A stretch of 64,000 nt of DNA from Candidatus Komeilibacteria bacterium (GCA_018656065.1 JABHZY010000024.1:160970-224969); one strand, 5' to 3'; numbered from the stretch's first letter, positions 36,212-46,094 are shown. Notes: generated by a model from the sequence alone, not told the origin. A program made the numbers and translations.

Positions 36212-36276
36212 TTGACCCGTTCGACTCGTTACACTCGCTCAGGGTCAATCCTGAGCGAAGTCGAACGGATTGACAA
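36212..36276 (+). repeat. 65-bp GC-rich palindromic intergenic repeat, copy A
   Basis: The sequence is ttgacccgttcgactcgttacactcgctcagggtcaatcctgagcgaagtcgaacggattgacaa. It is 61/65 identical to the reverse complement of 39469-39533. Confidence 0.85.
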
Positions 36277-36298
36277 TATATACGAAATTGTATATACT
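36270..36298 (+). promoter_or_regulatory. promoter of tRNA-Lys
   Basis: TTGACA (the last bases of repeat copy A), 17 nt, TATACT. Confidence 0.55.
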
Positions 36299-36332
36299 AA
36301 TCTCCGTATTTTACATTTTACTTATTCAATAT

Positions 36333-36409
36333 GCGCCTATAGCTCAGCCTGGTAGAGCAGCTGCCTTTTAAGCAGACGGTCGGGGGTTCGAATCCCTCTG
36401 GGCGCACCA
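36333..36409 (+). tRNA. tRNA-Lys(UUU)
   Basis: Hand fold. Acceptor is GCGCCUA/UGGGCGC. The anticodon loop is CUUUUAA. T arm is GGGGG-UUCGAAU-CCCUC. It ends ACCA. Confidence 0.85.
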
Positions 36410-36611
36410 GCTTTCGACAAGCTCAAGCTGGCGAAAGCTGTCCTGAGCGAAATCCTGAATTTATCGAAAGATGAGCCGAAGGGCATTTGTACTAATAACT
36501 ATAATATATCAGCCGTTCGGCTGTTTTTTATTTGGGTATAAACTGTCCATAATAAAGGCTTGAAAAATAAGGCCAAATGAGTTAAGCTAATTCTACGAAT
36601 TAATAACAGGC

Positions 36612-38069
36612 ATGAGTAAAATACCTCCTCAAAATTTAGAAGCAGAAAGCTCACTCTTAGGCGCTCTCCTACTTGATAAGGAAACAATTATCAAGGTTGG
36701 TGATGTTTTGCGTCCTAGTGATTTCTATAAAGAAGGTAATGGTTTGATCTATCAAGCCATTTTAGATTTATTTGAAAAACATGAACCAGCTGATATTTTA
36801 TCTGTTGGTAATAGATTAGCTGAAAAAAAACAATTAGAAAGTGTTGGCGGCAAAGCTTATTTGGCTGAACTAACTGCTTCTGTACCTAATTCTTCTCATG
36901 CAGTATCATACGCTGATATTATTCACAAAAAAGCAACTTTAAGAAAATTAGAACGAGCTGCTAGCGAAATATCCGAATTTTCTTTTTCCGAAGACAAAGA
37001 TGTCTCTAGCTTATTAGATCAAGCTGAACAAAAACTTTTTGCTATTTCTCAAGAATCTCTCAAGAAAAACTTTATTCCTATTAAAAATGTTTTAACAGAA
37101 ACTTTTAATCGTATTGATGAATTACATAAATCAGGTGGCCAAGGTACTCGTGGTATTCCAAGTGGCTTTACTGATTTAGATAATAAACTATCTGGTTTTC
37201 AAAATTCTGATTTAATTATCTTAGCCGCTCGTCCATCTCTAGGTAAAACAACTCTAGCTCTAGATATCGCTAGAAATATTGCTGTTAAAGCTAATACAGC
37301 AGTTGGTATATTTTCTCTGGAAATGAGTAAAGAACAATTAGTAGATAGACTACTAGCTTCTGAAGCTGAAGTTGATCTTTGGAAAATGAGAACTGGTAAA
37401 CTTTCTGATAAAGAAGAAGATGATGATTTTCCTCGTATTGGTCGGGCTATGGGTGTCTTATCAGAAGCTCCAATATTTATTGATGATAGCGCCAATGCCA
37501 ATGTAATGGAAATTCGTACTAAAGCTCGTCGTTTAAAAATGGAACATAATCTTGGCTTTTTAGTAATCGATTATTTACAATTAATGGAAGGTGATTCTGG
37601 CGGCAGCGAAAATAGAGTTCAGGAAATATCCAAAATTTCTCGTGCTCTTAAGCAAATCGCTCGTGAGCTTGATATTCCAGTTTTAGCTCTATCTCAACTT
37701 TCTCGTGCCGTAGAAGCTAGATCGCCGGCTATTCCAAAACTAGCTGACCTTCGTGAATCTGGATCCATTGAGCAAGATGCTGATATTGTAATGTTTATCT
37801 ATAGAAAGGCTAAAGATAAATCACGTGAGTGTCCTGATGAAGAAAGAAATATAGCTGAAATACATATTGATAAACACAGAAATGGTCCAACTGGTATTTG
37901 TAGATTCATTTTCGATGAATCTAAGGTATCATTTAAAAACCTAAGTAAAGATTATCAAAATATACTTCCGCCACCTGAAGCTGAGGCTGATGAAATGCCT
38001 ATTCCAAGTAATGGAAATTTCAAAAATAATAAACCACAAGCAGAAACAGCTTGGCAAAACATACCTTAA
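36612..38069 (+). CDS. dnaB: replicative DNA helicase
   Basis: 485 aa with IPPQNLEAESSLLGALLLD. Walker A is ARPSLGKTT. It has a RecA-like C-terminal domain. Confidence 0.9.
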   Translation: MSKIPPQNLEAESSLLGALLLDKETIIKVGDVLRPSDFYKEGNGLIYQAILDLFEKHEPADILSVGNRLAEKKQLESVGGKAYLAELTASVPNSSHAVSYADIIHKKATLRKLERAASEISEFSFSEDKDVSSLLDQAEQKLFAISQESLKKNFIPIKNVLTETFNRIDELHKSGGQGTRGIPSGFTDLDNKLSGFQNSDLIILAARPSLGKTTLALDIARNIAVKANTAVGIFSLEMSKEQLVDRLLASEAEVDLWKMRTGKLSDKEEDDDFPRIGRAMGVLSEAPIFIDDSANANVMEIRTKARRLKMEHNLGFLVIDYLQLMEGDSGGSENRVQEISKISRALKQIARELDIPVLALSQLSRAVEARSPAIPKLADLRESGSIEQDADIVMFIYRKAKDKSRECPDEERNIAEIHIDKHRNGPTGICRFIFDESKVSFKNLSKDYQNILPPPEAEADEMPIPSNGNFKNNKPQAETAWQNIP

Positions 38070-38091
38070 AATAATTAACTAAAAACAAAAT

Positions 38092-38382
38092 ATGTTTAAC
38101 AAACTAAAACAATACAACGACCTTAGAAAACAAGCCAACACTATTAAGAGCGCCATGTCTGAAGAAAGCGTTGAGGTTAGTAATAAGGCTGTTACAATAA
38201 TCATGGACGGTAACCAAGAAATTACCAGCTTGGATATAAATGAAGACTTTTTGTCAAAAGACAAAAAGAAAGAATTAGAAAAAGAAATTACCAATGGCAT
38301 TGCTAATGCTATCAAAAAGGTACAACGTAAGATGGCTATGAAAATGCAACAAATGGGTGGTCTAGACAACCTAATGAAATAG
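38092..38382 (+). CDS. ybaB: YbaB/EbfC family nucleoid-associated protein
   Basis: 96 aa in the conserved position upstream of recR, with a typical basic/coiled pattern. Confidence 0.75.
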   Translation: MFNKLKQYNDLRKQANTIKSAMSEESVEVSNKAVTIIMDGNQEITSLDINEDFLSKDKKKELEKEITNGIANAIKKVQRKMAMKMQQMGGLDNLMK

Positions 38383-38466
38383 AGACATTACAAACTATAA
38401 CTTATCTGCTCCGCTGTTTCACAGAGTTGCATCTAAGCTATAGTTTTTGCAAATAATCAAAACCAG

Positions 38467-39063
38467 ATGAAACATCTACCAGACTTTATACAAAGACTGA
38501 TAAACGAATTTGATAAACTACCTGGAATTGGGCCAAAGACTGCCTCCAGGTTAGTTTTTAATTTGCTTCATAGAAAAGAAGATATCAAAGAATTGTCTGA
38601 AGCTTTGGCTGATGCCTATAAAAATATTCATCTTTGCCCACAATGCTACAATTTAACAGATGATGGCTTATGTAGCATCTGTCGTAATCCGCAAAGAGAC
38701 AAAAGTACTATTTGTATAGTAGCTAATAATCAAGATGTAGAAGCTGTAGAAAAAACCGCTGAATTCAACGGTGTTTATCATTTACTGAACGGATTACTTA
38801 GTCCACTAGAAGGTATTACTCCTGATAAATTAAAAATAAAAGAATTAGCTGATAGAATAAAAAATAACGGCGTCACTGAAATAATCTTAGCCCTTGACCA
38901 AAGTATGGAAGGTGAGGCTACTACTATCTACTTATCAAAATTTCTCCAAGACTATCCTGTGATAATTAGCCAATTAGCCCGAGGCATACCAATGGGTGCT
39001 AATATAGAATACACTGATGAAATTACATTAACCTCGGCACTCAAGAATAGAAAAAAGATATAA
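38467..39063 (+). CDS. recR: recombination protein RecR
   Basis: 198 aa with HhH (LPGIGPKTASRL), a C4 zinc finger (CPQC...CSIC) and a Toprim domain. Confidence 0.9.
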   Translation: MKHLPDFIQRLINEFDKLPGIGPKTASRLVFNLLHRKEDIKELSEALADAYKNIHLCPQCYNLTDDGLCSICRNPQRDKSTICIVANNQDVEAVEKTAEFNGVYHLLNGLLSPLEGITPDKLKIKELADRIKNNGVTEIILALDQSMEGEATTIYLSKFLQDYPVIISQLARGIPMGANIEYTDEITLTSALKNRKKI

Positions 39064-39064
39064 A

Positions 39065-39094
39065 CAAAAAATCCCGCTAGAGGCGGGATTTTAT
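39065..39094. terminator. bidirectional terminator between recR and rplU
   Basis: An aatcccgc-tagag-gcgggatt hairpin flanked by an A-run and a T-run. Confidence 0.6.
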
Positions 39095-39107
39095 ATTTGA
39101 TATTATT

Positions 39108-39422
39108 TTAGGCTACAATAGAAGTAATCTTTACTTCAGCTAACTGTTGACGATGACCATAATGTTTTCTATATCTGGTCTTATTTTTATATTTTAAGAT
39201 ATCAATTTTCTTATCTTTAAAATTTCTTACCAAAGTACCTTCGACTTTAGCCTTAGCTACAGTTGGATTACCAACAGTTACTTTATCTTTATCCATTAAA
39301 AGTAAAACTGTATCAAAGACTACTTTCTTGCCTTCTTCGGCTTCTGGTAGCTTTTCAATCTTAATAGTATCGCCTTTAGCAACTTGATATTGTTTTCCAC
39401 CTGTTTTAATTACTGCTTTCAT
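39108..39422 (-). CDS. rplU: 50S ribosomal protein L21
   Basis: 104 aa, starting MKAVIKTGGKQYQVAKGDTIKIEKL. Confidence 0.9.
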   Translation of the reverse strand: MKAVIKTGGKQYQVAKGDTIKIEKLPEAEEGKKVVFDTVLLLMDKDKVTVGNPTVAKAKVEGTLVRNFKDKKIDILKYKNKTRYRKHYGHRQQLAEVKITSIVA

Positions 39423-39446
39423 AGTTTTGTTATTATAACGAGGTAA

Positions 39447-39475
39447 ATATTAACAGAAATATTAAATATTGTCAA
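39447..39475 (-). promoter_or_regulatory. promoter of rplU
   Basis: On the minus strand TTGACA (the end of repeat copy B), 17 nt, TAATAT. Confidence 0.5.
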
Positions 39476-39533
39476 TCCGTTCGACTTCGCTCAGGATTGA
39501 CTCTGAGCGAGTATAACAAGTCGAATGGGTCAA
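39469..39533 (-). repeat. 65-bp GC-rich palindromic intergenic repeat, copy B (inverted relative to A)
   Basis: The sequence is ttgtcaatccgttcgacttcgctcaggattgactctgagcgagtataacaagtcgaatgggtcaa. It has 4 mismatches against the reverse complement of copy A. Confidence 0.85.
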
Positions 39534-39568
39534 TAATATAGCTTTTATAATACAAAGCTTTGTTTATA

Positions 39569-39597
39569 TTGACAAAAAGGCTAAAATATGCTATACT
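39569..39597 (+). promoter_or_regulatory. promoter of a GC-rich cassette
   Basis: TTGACA (39569-39574), 17 nt, TATACT (39592-39597). Confidence 0.55.
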
Positions 39598-39701
39598 TTG
39601 ACAATGCTTCGGCATGCCTGTCCTCTGTCAAAAATAGGAAATCATCCTGATTTCCTCAGTAGTTCCAAGGAAGGAACTTGTCTCAAAAAGGGAGTTTCCC
39701 A

Positions 39702-40145
39702 ATGAAGAAGCTGATTACTCTAATCGTTCTGGTTCTGATCATCGCTGGTCTCGTTTCTTTGGCTGTCAGCCAAAACAATAACGACCCGCGGGTCAGTGAA
39801 CTGGTAGCTGTTGCCTATCACTGCGAGGCAGTCGATAAGGATGTACCAGATATGGAGAGGTTTTACAACTCCCCTATCGAATATATTTCTGTCGATCAAC
39901 TCGACGCCTATATCGCATTCTTGGTCCAGCAAGACCAAGAAGAATCTGCCTCGTTTGACGAGATGCCAGATCATTGGCACTACATCGATCGCCGTCTTGT
40001 CCGGATTCGCGTGGCACCAGCCACAATGACACCAGATCTTGAATCTGGAATCCCCACCCTTCAAGGAGAACACCTCGGCTGGGAAGCTATCTGGACATAC
40101 CAGGAAGACGCCCTGCCGCTGGAGACCGACGACTCGGACTCCTGA
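39702..40145 (+). CDS. orphan GC-rich secreted/anchored protein (147 aa) with an acidic C-terminus
   Basis: The ATG at 39702 (MKKLITLIVLVLIIAGLVSLAVSQ) has a GGGAG SD. A 5' UTR of about 100 nt holds hairpins (AUGC-UUCG-GCAU, ggaaatc/gatttcc, agttcc/ggaact). Confidence 0.6.
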   Translation: MKKLITLIVLVLIIAGLVSLAVSQNNNDPRVSELVAVAYHCEAVDKDVPDMERFYNSPIEYISVDQLDAYIAFLVQQDQEESASFDEMPDHWHYIDRRLVRIRVAPATMTPDLESGIPTLQGEHLGWEAIWTYQEDALPLETDDSDS

Positions 40146-40169
40146 CATACAACCCCTTCCTCGGAATAT

Positions 40170-40203
40170 GGACCCGCACCATGTGTGGGTCCTATTCTTT
40201 TTG
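40170..40203 (+). terminator. intrinsic terminator of the cassette
   Basis: GGACCCGCAC-CAU-GUGUGGGUCC, then tattcttttt. Confidence 0.7.
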
Positions 40204-40271
40204 TCAAAAAAACACGTCCTATATAAAACGTGTTTAAATATTTTTTAGTAGAGAATCCTGATCTTAACACC

Positions 40272-40958
40272 CTATAACGTATACTCCACACAATCTTCTA
40301 TATATTGATCTTTGCATGATATAAGCTCATTATTTTCATCTCTACAGCTAGCCATACAATTAGTATTATCAATCGGCGATTTACATATTTCATAACATAA
40401 ATTTACATTACTAGTAGCTTTAGCAAAACGCTGAAAACAGTGTGCTTGTGACATATCATTACTTATCTTGTCTTTTGAATTGCAATATTTTATTAATTCA
40501 GCTGAATCAACTTTTCTATCTAAAAGTACTCTAAAATCTTCACAAATCTCTAAATTTGGATACTCATAAGCTTTACAATTATCATCAAATATATCATGAC
40601 AAAATTCTTTCTCACCGTCACTTATACTCTCACAAACCTCTTCATCATTTAATAATATTGCTACTGAAAGCAAAGTACTATTTGTTGGCTTTGGAACAAA
40701 ATAAGTATCCTTCACAATATCAAATACTAGCGCAGTATTTTCGTTCCTCCACTTAGTTTGCTCTAATACATCTTTGGTATCGTCTAATACTTTGGTTTGT
40801 GCTCTATAGCTACTTATAGCTTCGTCTCTTTCGTTTATAATTAGTGCCTTTTCTTCCTCAAACTTTATTTCCAATTTTTCTATATTTAAATCCTGCCAAT
40901 AATAAATACCACCACCAAAAACTACAGCTGAAATTAAGATAGATAGAATAATTTTCAT
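40272..40958 (-). CDS. secreted/anchored Cys-rich protein
   Basis: 228 aa with an N-terminal TM helix and a coiled region. The C-terminal half has about 14 Cys in C-x-I/F...C spacing, reminiscent of the 26089-27228 repeats. Confidence 0.55.
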   Translation of the reverse strand: MKIILSILISAVVFGGGIYYWQDLNIEKLEIKFEEEKALIINERDEAISSYRAQTKVLDDTKDVLEQTKWRNENTALVFDIVKDTYFVPKPTNSTLLSVAILLNDEEVCESISDGEKEFCHDIFDDNCKAYEYPNLEICEDFRVLLDRKVDSAELIKYCNSKDKISNDMSQAHCFQRFAKATSNVNLCYEICKSPIDNTNCMASCRDENNELISCKDQYIEDCVEYTL

Positions 40959-41040
40959 ACATTTAGTTTAATAATTGTTTTTAGTATATCAAAAAACTCG
41001 CTGCAAAGCGAGATGGTTGTAAATCATGAGCAAAGTCGAA

Positions 41041-41115
41041 TGGTGACCCCACAGGGAATCGAACCCTGATTACCAGGTTGAGAACCTGGCGTCCTAACCG
41101 TTAGACGATGGGGCC
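41041..41115 (-). tRNA. tRNA-Glu(CUC)
   Basis: Hand fold. Acceptor is GGCCCCA/UGGGGUC. Anticodon arm is CCAGG-UUCUCAA-CCUGG. T arm is CAGGG-UUCGAUU-CCCUG. It ends ACCA. Confidence 0.85.
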
Positions 41116-41160
41116 ATAAAAACAAGTATATTTCTAACAAATATTTAACTTATAGTCAAG

Positions 41161-42426
41161 TTATTTATCTATCTGCCCCACTAATAAATCTTTAGCGCGC
41201 CAAGGCTTAGCCATTATTTCATAAACAATTTGTTCCATCTTAGCACCGCGAGAACCTTTAACTAAAATAATGTCATTTTCTTTTAATCTTTCTTGTAAAA
41301 ATACTCCCGCCTCTTTAGTAAAAGGAAAGTGATAAATATTATCTTGATCCATACCAGCTGCTTTAGCTCCTCTAGCAATATCACGAGACTTCTCCCCTAC
41401 TACAAATAAATAATCAATTCCTAACCTAATTAGCTCTCTGCCGACTTCTTGATGAGCTTCTTCGGTCAAAGCACCTAATTCTAACATATCGCCTAATACT
41501 GCAATCTTACGTCCTTCTGATGGCATATTAGATAAAAGATCCAAGGCCGCTTTAGCAGATTGAGGGGAAGCATTATATGAATCATCAATAATCCAAGTAT
41601 TCTTAATGCCTCTGATTAAATTAGTTCTACCTCTAGCTGGTTTATATTCTAATAATTGCTTAGCGATATCCACTAAATTCATGTCCAGATATAAAGCTAC
41701 TAGCGCTGCGCTAGCCGCTGCGTAAGCATGTTGCCAACCTAACACATAAGGTAAAAACATAGGTACTTCGGAACCGCTATGAGTTAATTTAAAACTAGTG
41801 CCATAAGTATTATCTTTGTTAGTTATATTTATTTCTGAAATTCTAACATTAGAGCCTTCTTTTTTACCAAAAGTAAAAATTTTTCTTTTATAATCTTTAA
41901 TTACCTTAACTAAATTAACATCATCGTTATTTAAGATTGCTAAACCATTTTTATTTAATCTATCTAAGATAGTACTTTTTTCTTTAACAATATTATCTAT
42001 AGTTCTAAAAAACTCTATATGACTAGATCCAATAGCTGTGATAATAGATATATCTGGGCTAGCAATAGCGGTAAGATATTTAATATCTCCTGGTTTATCA
42101 GCACCCATTTCTAACACTAAAACTTCTGGATAATTTTTGTCTTTAATTAATACAAGTTTAATAGCTAAAATAAAAATCCAAAGCCAAGCTAATATATTTT
42201 TACCTGGAGAATTTTCTTGTCCTAAAATAGTTAAGGGCGTGCCAATTTCATTATTAAAATTCTTACTAGGAGTCCTAGTATTAAATTTAGCTCGTAAAAC
42301 CACTGCTATCGCCTCTTTAGCAGAAGTTTTACCTACTGAACCAGTAATAGCTATCACCTTAGGTTGGTATTTATTTATTACCGCCTTAGCTAATATTTTT
42401 AAAATAAAATGTAATATTTTCTTCAT
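41161..42426 (-). CDS. murF: UDP-N-acetylmuramoyl-tripeptide--D-alanyl-D-alanine ligase
   Basis: 421 aa. The P-loop is ITGSVGKTS. It has the Mur ligase middle and C-terminal domains and sits in the dcw cluster. Confidence 0.8.
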   Translation of the reverse strand: MKKILHFILKILAKAVINKYQPKVIAITGSVGKTSAKEAIAVVLRAKFNTRTPSKNFNNEIGTPLTILGQENSPGKNILAWLWIFILAIKLVLIKDKNYPEVLVLEMGADKPGDIKYLTAIASPDISIITAIGSSHIEFFRTIDNIVKEKSTILDRLNKNGLAILNNDDVNLVKVIKDYKRKIFTFGKKEGSNVRISEINITNKDNTYGTSFKLTHSGSEVPMFLPYVLGWQHAYAAASAALVALYLDMNLVDIAKQLLEYKPARGRTNLIRGIKNTWIIDDSYNASPQSAKAALDLLSNMPSEGRKIAVLGDMLELGALTEEAHQEVGRELIRLGIDYLFVVGEKSRDIARGAKAAGMDQDNIYHFPFTKEAGVFLQERLKENDIILVKGSRGAKMEQIVYEIMAKPWRAKDLLVGQIDK

Positions 42427-42438
42427 ATTCTATATAAC

Positions 42439-44262
42439 TTATCTATTTGGTGCTATCTGATAGTATTCTAACAAAAATTTGGCAATTTCACCAAATAATG
42501 GAGCGGCTGTATCAGATGAAAATCGAGCTGCAGTTGGATAATCAAGTTTAGTAATCATAGTAAATTTTGGCTCATCATTAGGAGCAAAACCTACAAAATT
42601 ATGGATTGTCTTATCAAGATGATATTTACCAGTCTTTGGATCAGCCACTTGAGCTGTGCCTGTTTTCCCAGCCACATAATATCCATCTACTGCCGCTTTA
42701 CCAGCGTGACCGCTATCCACAACGTGAACCATCATAGCTGAAAGTTGAGAAGCTGTACTAACATCTATCACTTGCCTATCTTTAACTGAACTATAAATCT
42801 CTTGACGTCCATCTGGATAATCAATCCTACTAATAATATAGGGCTTCATCAATTCTCCTTGATTAGCAATAACATTAATAGCTGTTACCATTTGCAAAGG
42901 TGTAACCGTAATACCCTGTCCATAAGATGCTGTAGCTTTAAATATATCTCCTGTCTTGGCCAATGAAGAAATATCTCCAGAATTATCCTGACTAATAGCT
43001 ATACCAGACTTATTTCCAAAACCAAACTTCTTCATGTAATCTTCAAATATTTTATTATTTACTTCTGAAGTAGAAAAAATAATACCTGTGTTTAAAGATG
43101 ATGCCAACACCTCTTTCATATCAACCATACCATGGGCTTTGAGATCAGAATTTCTAATAGTATAACCACCTCCAAATTTTATTTCTCCCTCATCATTATA
43201 AAGGGTATTTGGTGTAACTTTAGATTGATCAATAGCAACTGCCATGGCAATAGATTTCATTACCGAACCAGGCTCATATGAATGATAAACCGCTAAATTA
43301 TTATACACATCACCACTCTCTACTTGACTATATTCATTAGGATCAAAACTAGGATAATTGCACATTGCCTTAATAGCTCCAGTAGATGTTTCTAAAATAA
43401 TGACTGTGCCAGACTCAGCATCATATTGAGCCACGGCTTTTTCTAAAGCTTTGCAAGTGGCATATTGTACTGTTCGATCAATAGTCAAAATAATATCTGC
43501 CCCATTTTCTACTGCCTTGCCGTCATTTCCTGTTAATAATCTACCAGCCACATCAGTCTCTCCAACCACCTGACCTTCTAAACCAGCTAAATCATTCTCA
43601 AAATAAGACTCCAGACCATACTTACCCTCTCTGGCGATTCCTTGATTTCCATAACCTAAAAATCCAAGGATATGAGAACCAATTTCTTTATCGGGATAAT
43701 AACGTAAAACATTTTTTACAAAATTGACCCCCAGAGCTGTGAGATCAAACAACTGTTCTTCTTCTGACTTACCTTTATTGATATCAAAACGAATCTCTTC
43801 AAGTCTCTCTTGTAAAATTTCTACTTTTTCTCTGGGTACATCCTTAGCAATTAATTCATAAAATCTATTTTCTTTTTTGATCTTGGCCAAAATTTTATCT
43901 TTTTCTTCCTGATCTTCAATGCCTAATACTTCAATAAAAATATCAGTCATATTCTGCGGTCTGCTAATTTTGCTAGGGTCTACACTAATTTCATAATAAA
44001 CCTTATTCACTGCTAAAGGATATAATTGATCATCTTGATTATCACCTACTATAGCAAAAATACGTCCTCTTTCAGGCTTGATATCTCGGACAATTGATCT
44101 TTGGTTTAAACCTAACTTAAAATAATATTCATTATTTAAAATTTGAACATAAAATAATCTAACCACAATAATCAACATCAAGAAAAAAATACCCCACCAG
44201 AGGGCATTTATTCTAAAACCAGATATTTGCACATTCTGAGATCTAAAAAAATTCATAGACAA
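42439..44262 (-). CDS. ftsI: penicillin-binding protein (class B transpeptidase, FtsI/PBP2-like)
   Basis: 607 aa with an N-terminal TM helix. The active-site motifs are SVMK (SxxK), SLN (SxN) and KTGT. Confidence 0.8.
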   Translation of the reverse strand: MSMNFFRSQNVQISGFRINALWWGIFFLMLIIVVRLFYVQILNNEYYFKLGLNQRSIVRDIKPERGRIFAIVGDNQDDQLYPLAVNKVYYEISVDPSKISRPQNMTDIFIEVLGIEDQEEKDKILAKIKKENRFYELIAKDVPREKVEILQERLEEIRFDINKGKSEEEQLFDLTALGVNFVKNVLRYYPDKEIGSHILGFLGYGNQGIAREGKYGLESYFENDLAGLEGQVVGETDVAGRLLTGNDGKAVENGADIILTIDRTVQYATCKALEKAVAQYDAESGTVIILETSTGAIKAMCNYPSFDPNEYSQVESGDVYNNLAVYHSYEPGSVMKSIAMAVAIDQSKVTPNTLYNDEGEIKFGGGYTIRNSDLKAHGMVDMKEVLASSLNTGIIFSTSEVNNKIFEDYMKKFGFGNKSGIAISQDNSGDISSLAKTGDIFKATASYGQGITVTPLQMVTAINVIANQGELMKPYIISRIDYPDGRQEIYSSVKDRQVIDVSTASQLSAMMVHVVDSGHAGKAAVDGYYVAGKTGTAQVADPKTGKYHLDKTIHNFVGFAPNDEPKFTMITKLDYPTAARFSSDTAAPLFGEIAKFLLEYYQIAPNR

Positions 44263-44289
44263 TTATTTGCTCTTAGGTTTTACTAAGCT

Positions 44290-44613
44290 TTATTTTAAGG
44301 CGACTAGATCATAATCTCCATCTAAATAATAGATGTTTTCAGCTTGAATCTTTACCAAATCGAGCCTTTGACTCTCTTGCTCAATTCTTTCTGTAGTTTG
44401 TAATTCACTGACATTAGTATTATACAATCTAAGATCATCTTCAATTATCTTAATTTGTTGGCCCAAGTCATTTCTTTCTAGACTTTGACTATTAGCGTAA
44501 TTAGTTGAAACTAGCATTGTCATCAGTAACATAACCAATGTAATTACCATAAAAGTGTTTCCTTTTTTGATAATTTGCCAGGCACTAATTAATTTTGTTT
44601 TTGTTTTTGACAT
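44290..44613 (-). CDS. ftsL: FtsL-like cell division protein
   Basis: 107 aa with a single TM helix plus a coiled coil. It lies between rsmH and ftsI. Confidence 0.55.
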   Translation of the reverse strand: MSKTKTKLISAWQIIKKGNTFMVITLVMLLMTMLVSTNYANSQSLERNDLGQQIKIIEDDLRLYNTNVSELQTTERIEQESQRLDLVKIQAENIYYLDGDYDLVALK

Positions 44614-44621
44614 GTTATATA

Positions 44622-45590
44622 TTATATTTTTTCTATTACTCTTAATATTGCACTACGACTACGATAATTTTTAGCTATTTCATCATCGCTAGGCTTGATA
44701 GCCTTTTTAGTGATTAGCTTAACCTTTGGCTTATTATCGCATCGACAAACAGGAGTCTCTGGCGGGCAAATACATCCTTTGCTTAAATCCTTGAAATAAT
44801 GTTTTACAATACGGTCTTCAAGACTATGAAAGCTGATTACTGCCAGGCGCCCGCCTGGAGATAGTATATTATAAGCTTGTGGCAAAACTTTTTGTAAATT
44901 ACCCAACTCATCGTTAACTGCAATACGAAGTGCTTGAAATACTTGAGTAGCTGGATGAATGCGAAATCGCTTTAAACTCTCTTCTTTTATATTTAATATT
45001 CGGAGTATGATGCCGACAAGCATGGAAGTTTTTATAGATTTTTGTTTTTGTTTACCTAAATCTTTTCGCCAAGAGACAAGTCCCCTAGCCAGGCGTCGTG
45101 CCTGTTTTACTTCACCATACTCCTGAAATATTTTTAAAATTTGCGCTTCAGTCCAATTCATTATTATATCTGAAGCGGTAAGCGTCTGACCACTTGGATC
45201 AAACCTCATGTCCAGTGACCCATGATCCTTGAATGAAAAGCCTCTATCAGCTTTATCCAATTGGTCAGACGATAAACCTAAATCTGCAACAATGCCAGAA
45301 ATATTTTCGATCTTATATTTTTTTACTTGTGATTCTAAATGTACGTAAGAATTATTTGTAACTACTAATCTATCTTTATATTCTTTTAAATTATCTTTAG
45401 CAGCCTTAATAGCACGAGAATCCATCTCAAAAGCTAATACTTTTCCTTGCGGTCCGGTCTTTTCCAGAATAGCACCGCTATGTCCTCCACCTCCCAAAGT
45501 AAGATCAAGATAATTCTGATTCTTTTGGGGAGCTAAAAATTTAATCACCTCATCAACAAGCACGCTGATGTGCTTATAATCTTGATTCAT
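44622..45590 (-). CDS. rsmH: 16S rRNA (cytosine1402-N4)-methyltransferase
   Basis: 322 aa with HISVLVDEV, DLTLGGGGHS and SFHSLEDRIVK. Confidence 0.9.
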   Translation of the reverse strand: MNQDYKHISVLVDEVIKFLAPQKNQNYLDLTLGGGGHSGAILEKTGPQGKVLAFEMDSRAIKAAKDNLKEYKDRLVVTNNSYVHLESQVKKYKIENISGIVADLGLSSDQLDKADRGFSFKDHGSLDMRFDPSGQTLTASDIIMNWTEAQILKIFQEYGEVKQARRLARGLVSWRKDLGKQKQKSIKTSMLVGIILRILNIKEESLKRFRIHPATQVFQALRIAVNDELGNLQKVLPQAYNILSPGGRLAVISFHSLEDRIVKHYFKDLSKGCICPPETPVCRCDNKPKVKLITKKAIKPSDDEIAKNYRSRSAILRVIEKI

Positions 45591-45591
45591 A

Positions 45592-46023
45592 TTAAATTCC
45601 TAAATCTACTAAACCTTCAGCAATTTCATTGGAGTCTTTTTCAGATGTACGTTGATATTTAGACCACATCTTTTCATCCCAGACTTCAAGACGATTATAT
45701 AAACCTGCAATAACTACTTTTTTATTCAAACCACCAAAATCTTTTAGATAATCCGGTAAAATAATTCTGCCTTGCTTGTCTAAATTAACATCCATAGCTC
45801 CGGCTAACATCATACGTGAGAAAGCACGAGATTTTGCTTGTGAAAAAGGTAAATTAGCTAACTTATCAGCCAACTTTTTCCACTCTTTATCTGTATATAT
45901 GAATAAACAATTATCTAATCCTTTAGTAATAACTGCGCCAGACGTAAAAAGCTTCCTAAACTTACTAGGTAGCGCTAAACGGTTCTTATCATCTAAATTA
46001 TACTTGTATTCCCCAATAAACAT
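45592..46023 (-). CDS. mraZ: transcriptional regulator MraZ
   Basis: 143 aa with two DxxxR repeats (LDDKNRLALPSKFR, LDKQGRIILPDYL). Confidence 0.9.
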   Translation of the reverse strand: MFIGEYKYNLDDKNRLALPSKFRKLFTSGAVITKGLDNCLFIYTDKEWKKLADKLANLPFSQAKSRAFSRMMLAGAMDVNLDKQGRIILPDYLKDFGGLNKKVVIAGLYNRLEVWDEKMWSKYQRTSEKDSNEIAEGLVDLGI

Positions 46024-46094
46024 ATATAGAATACTTATCCACAGTTATTTTTATAAATTCCCCACTTTTTTCCACTTAAGTGGTCGTTAGATAC

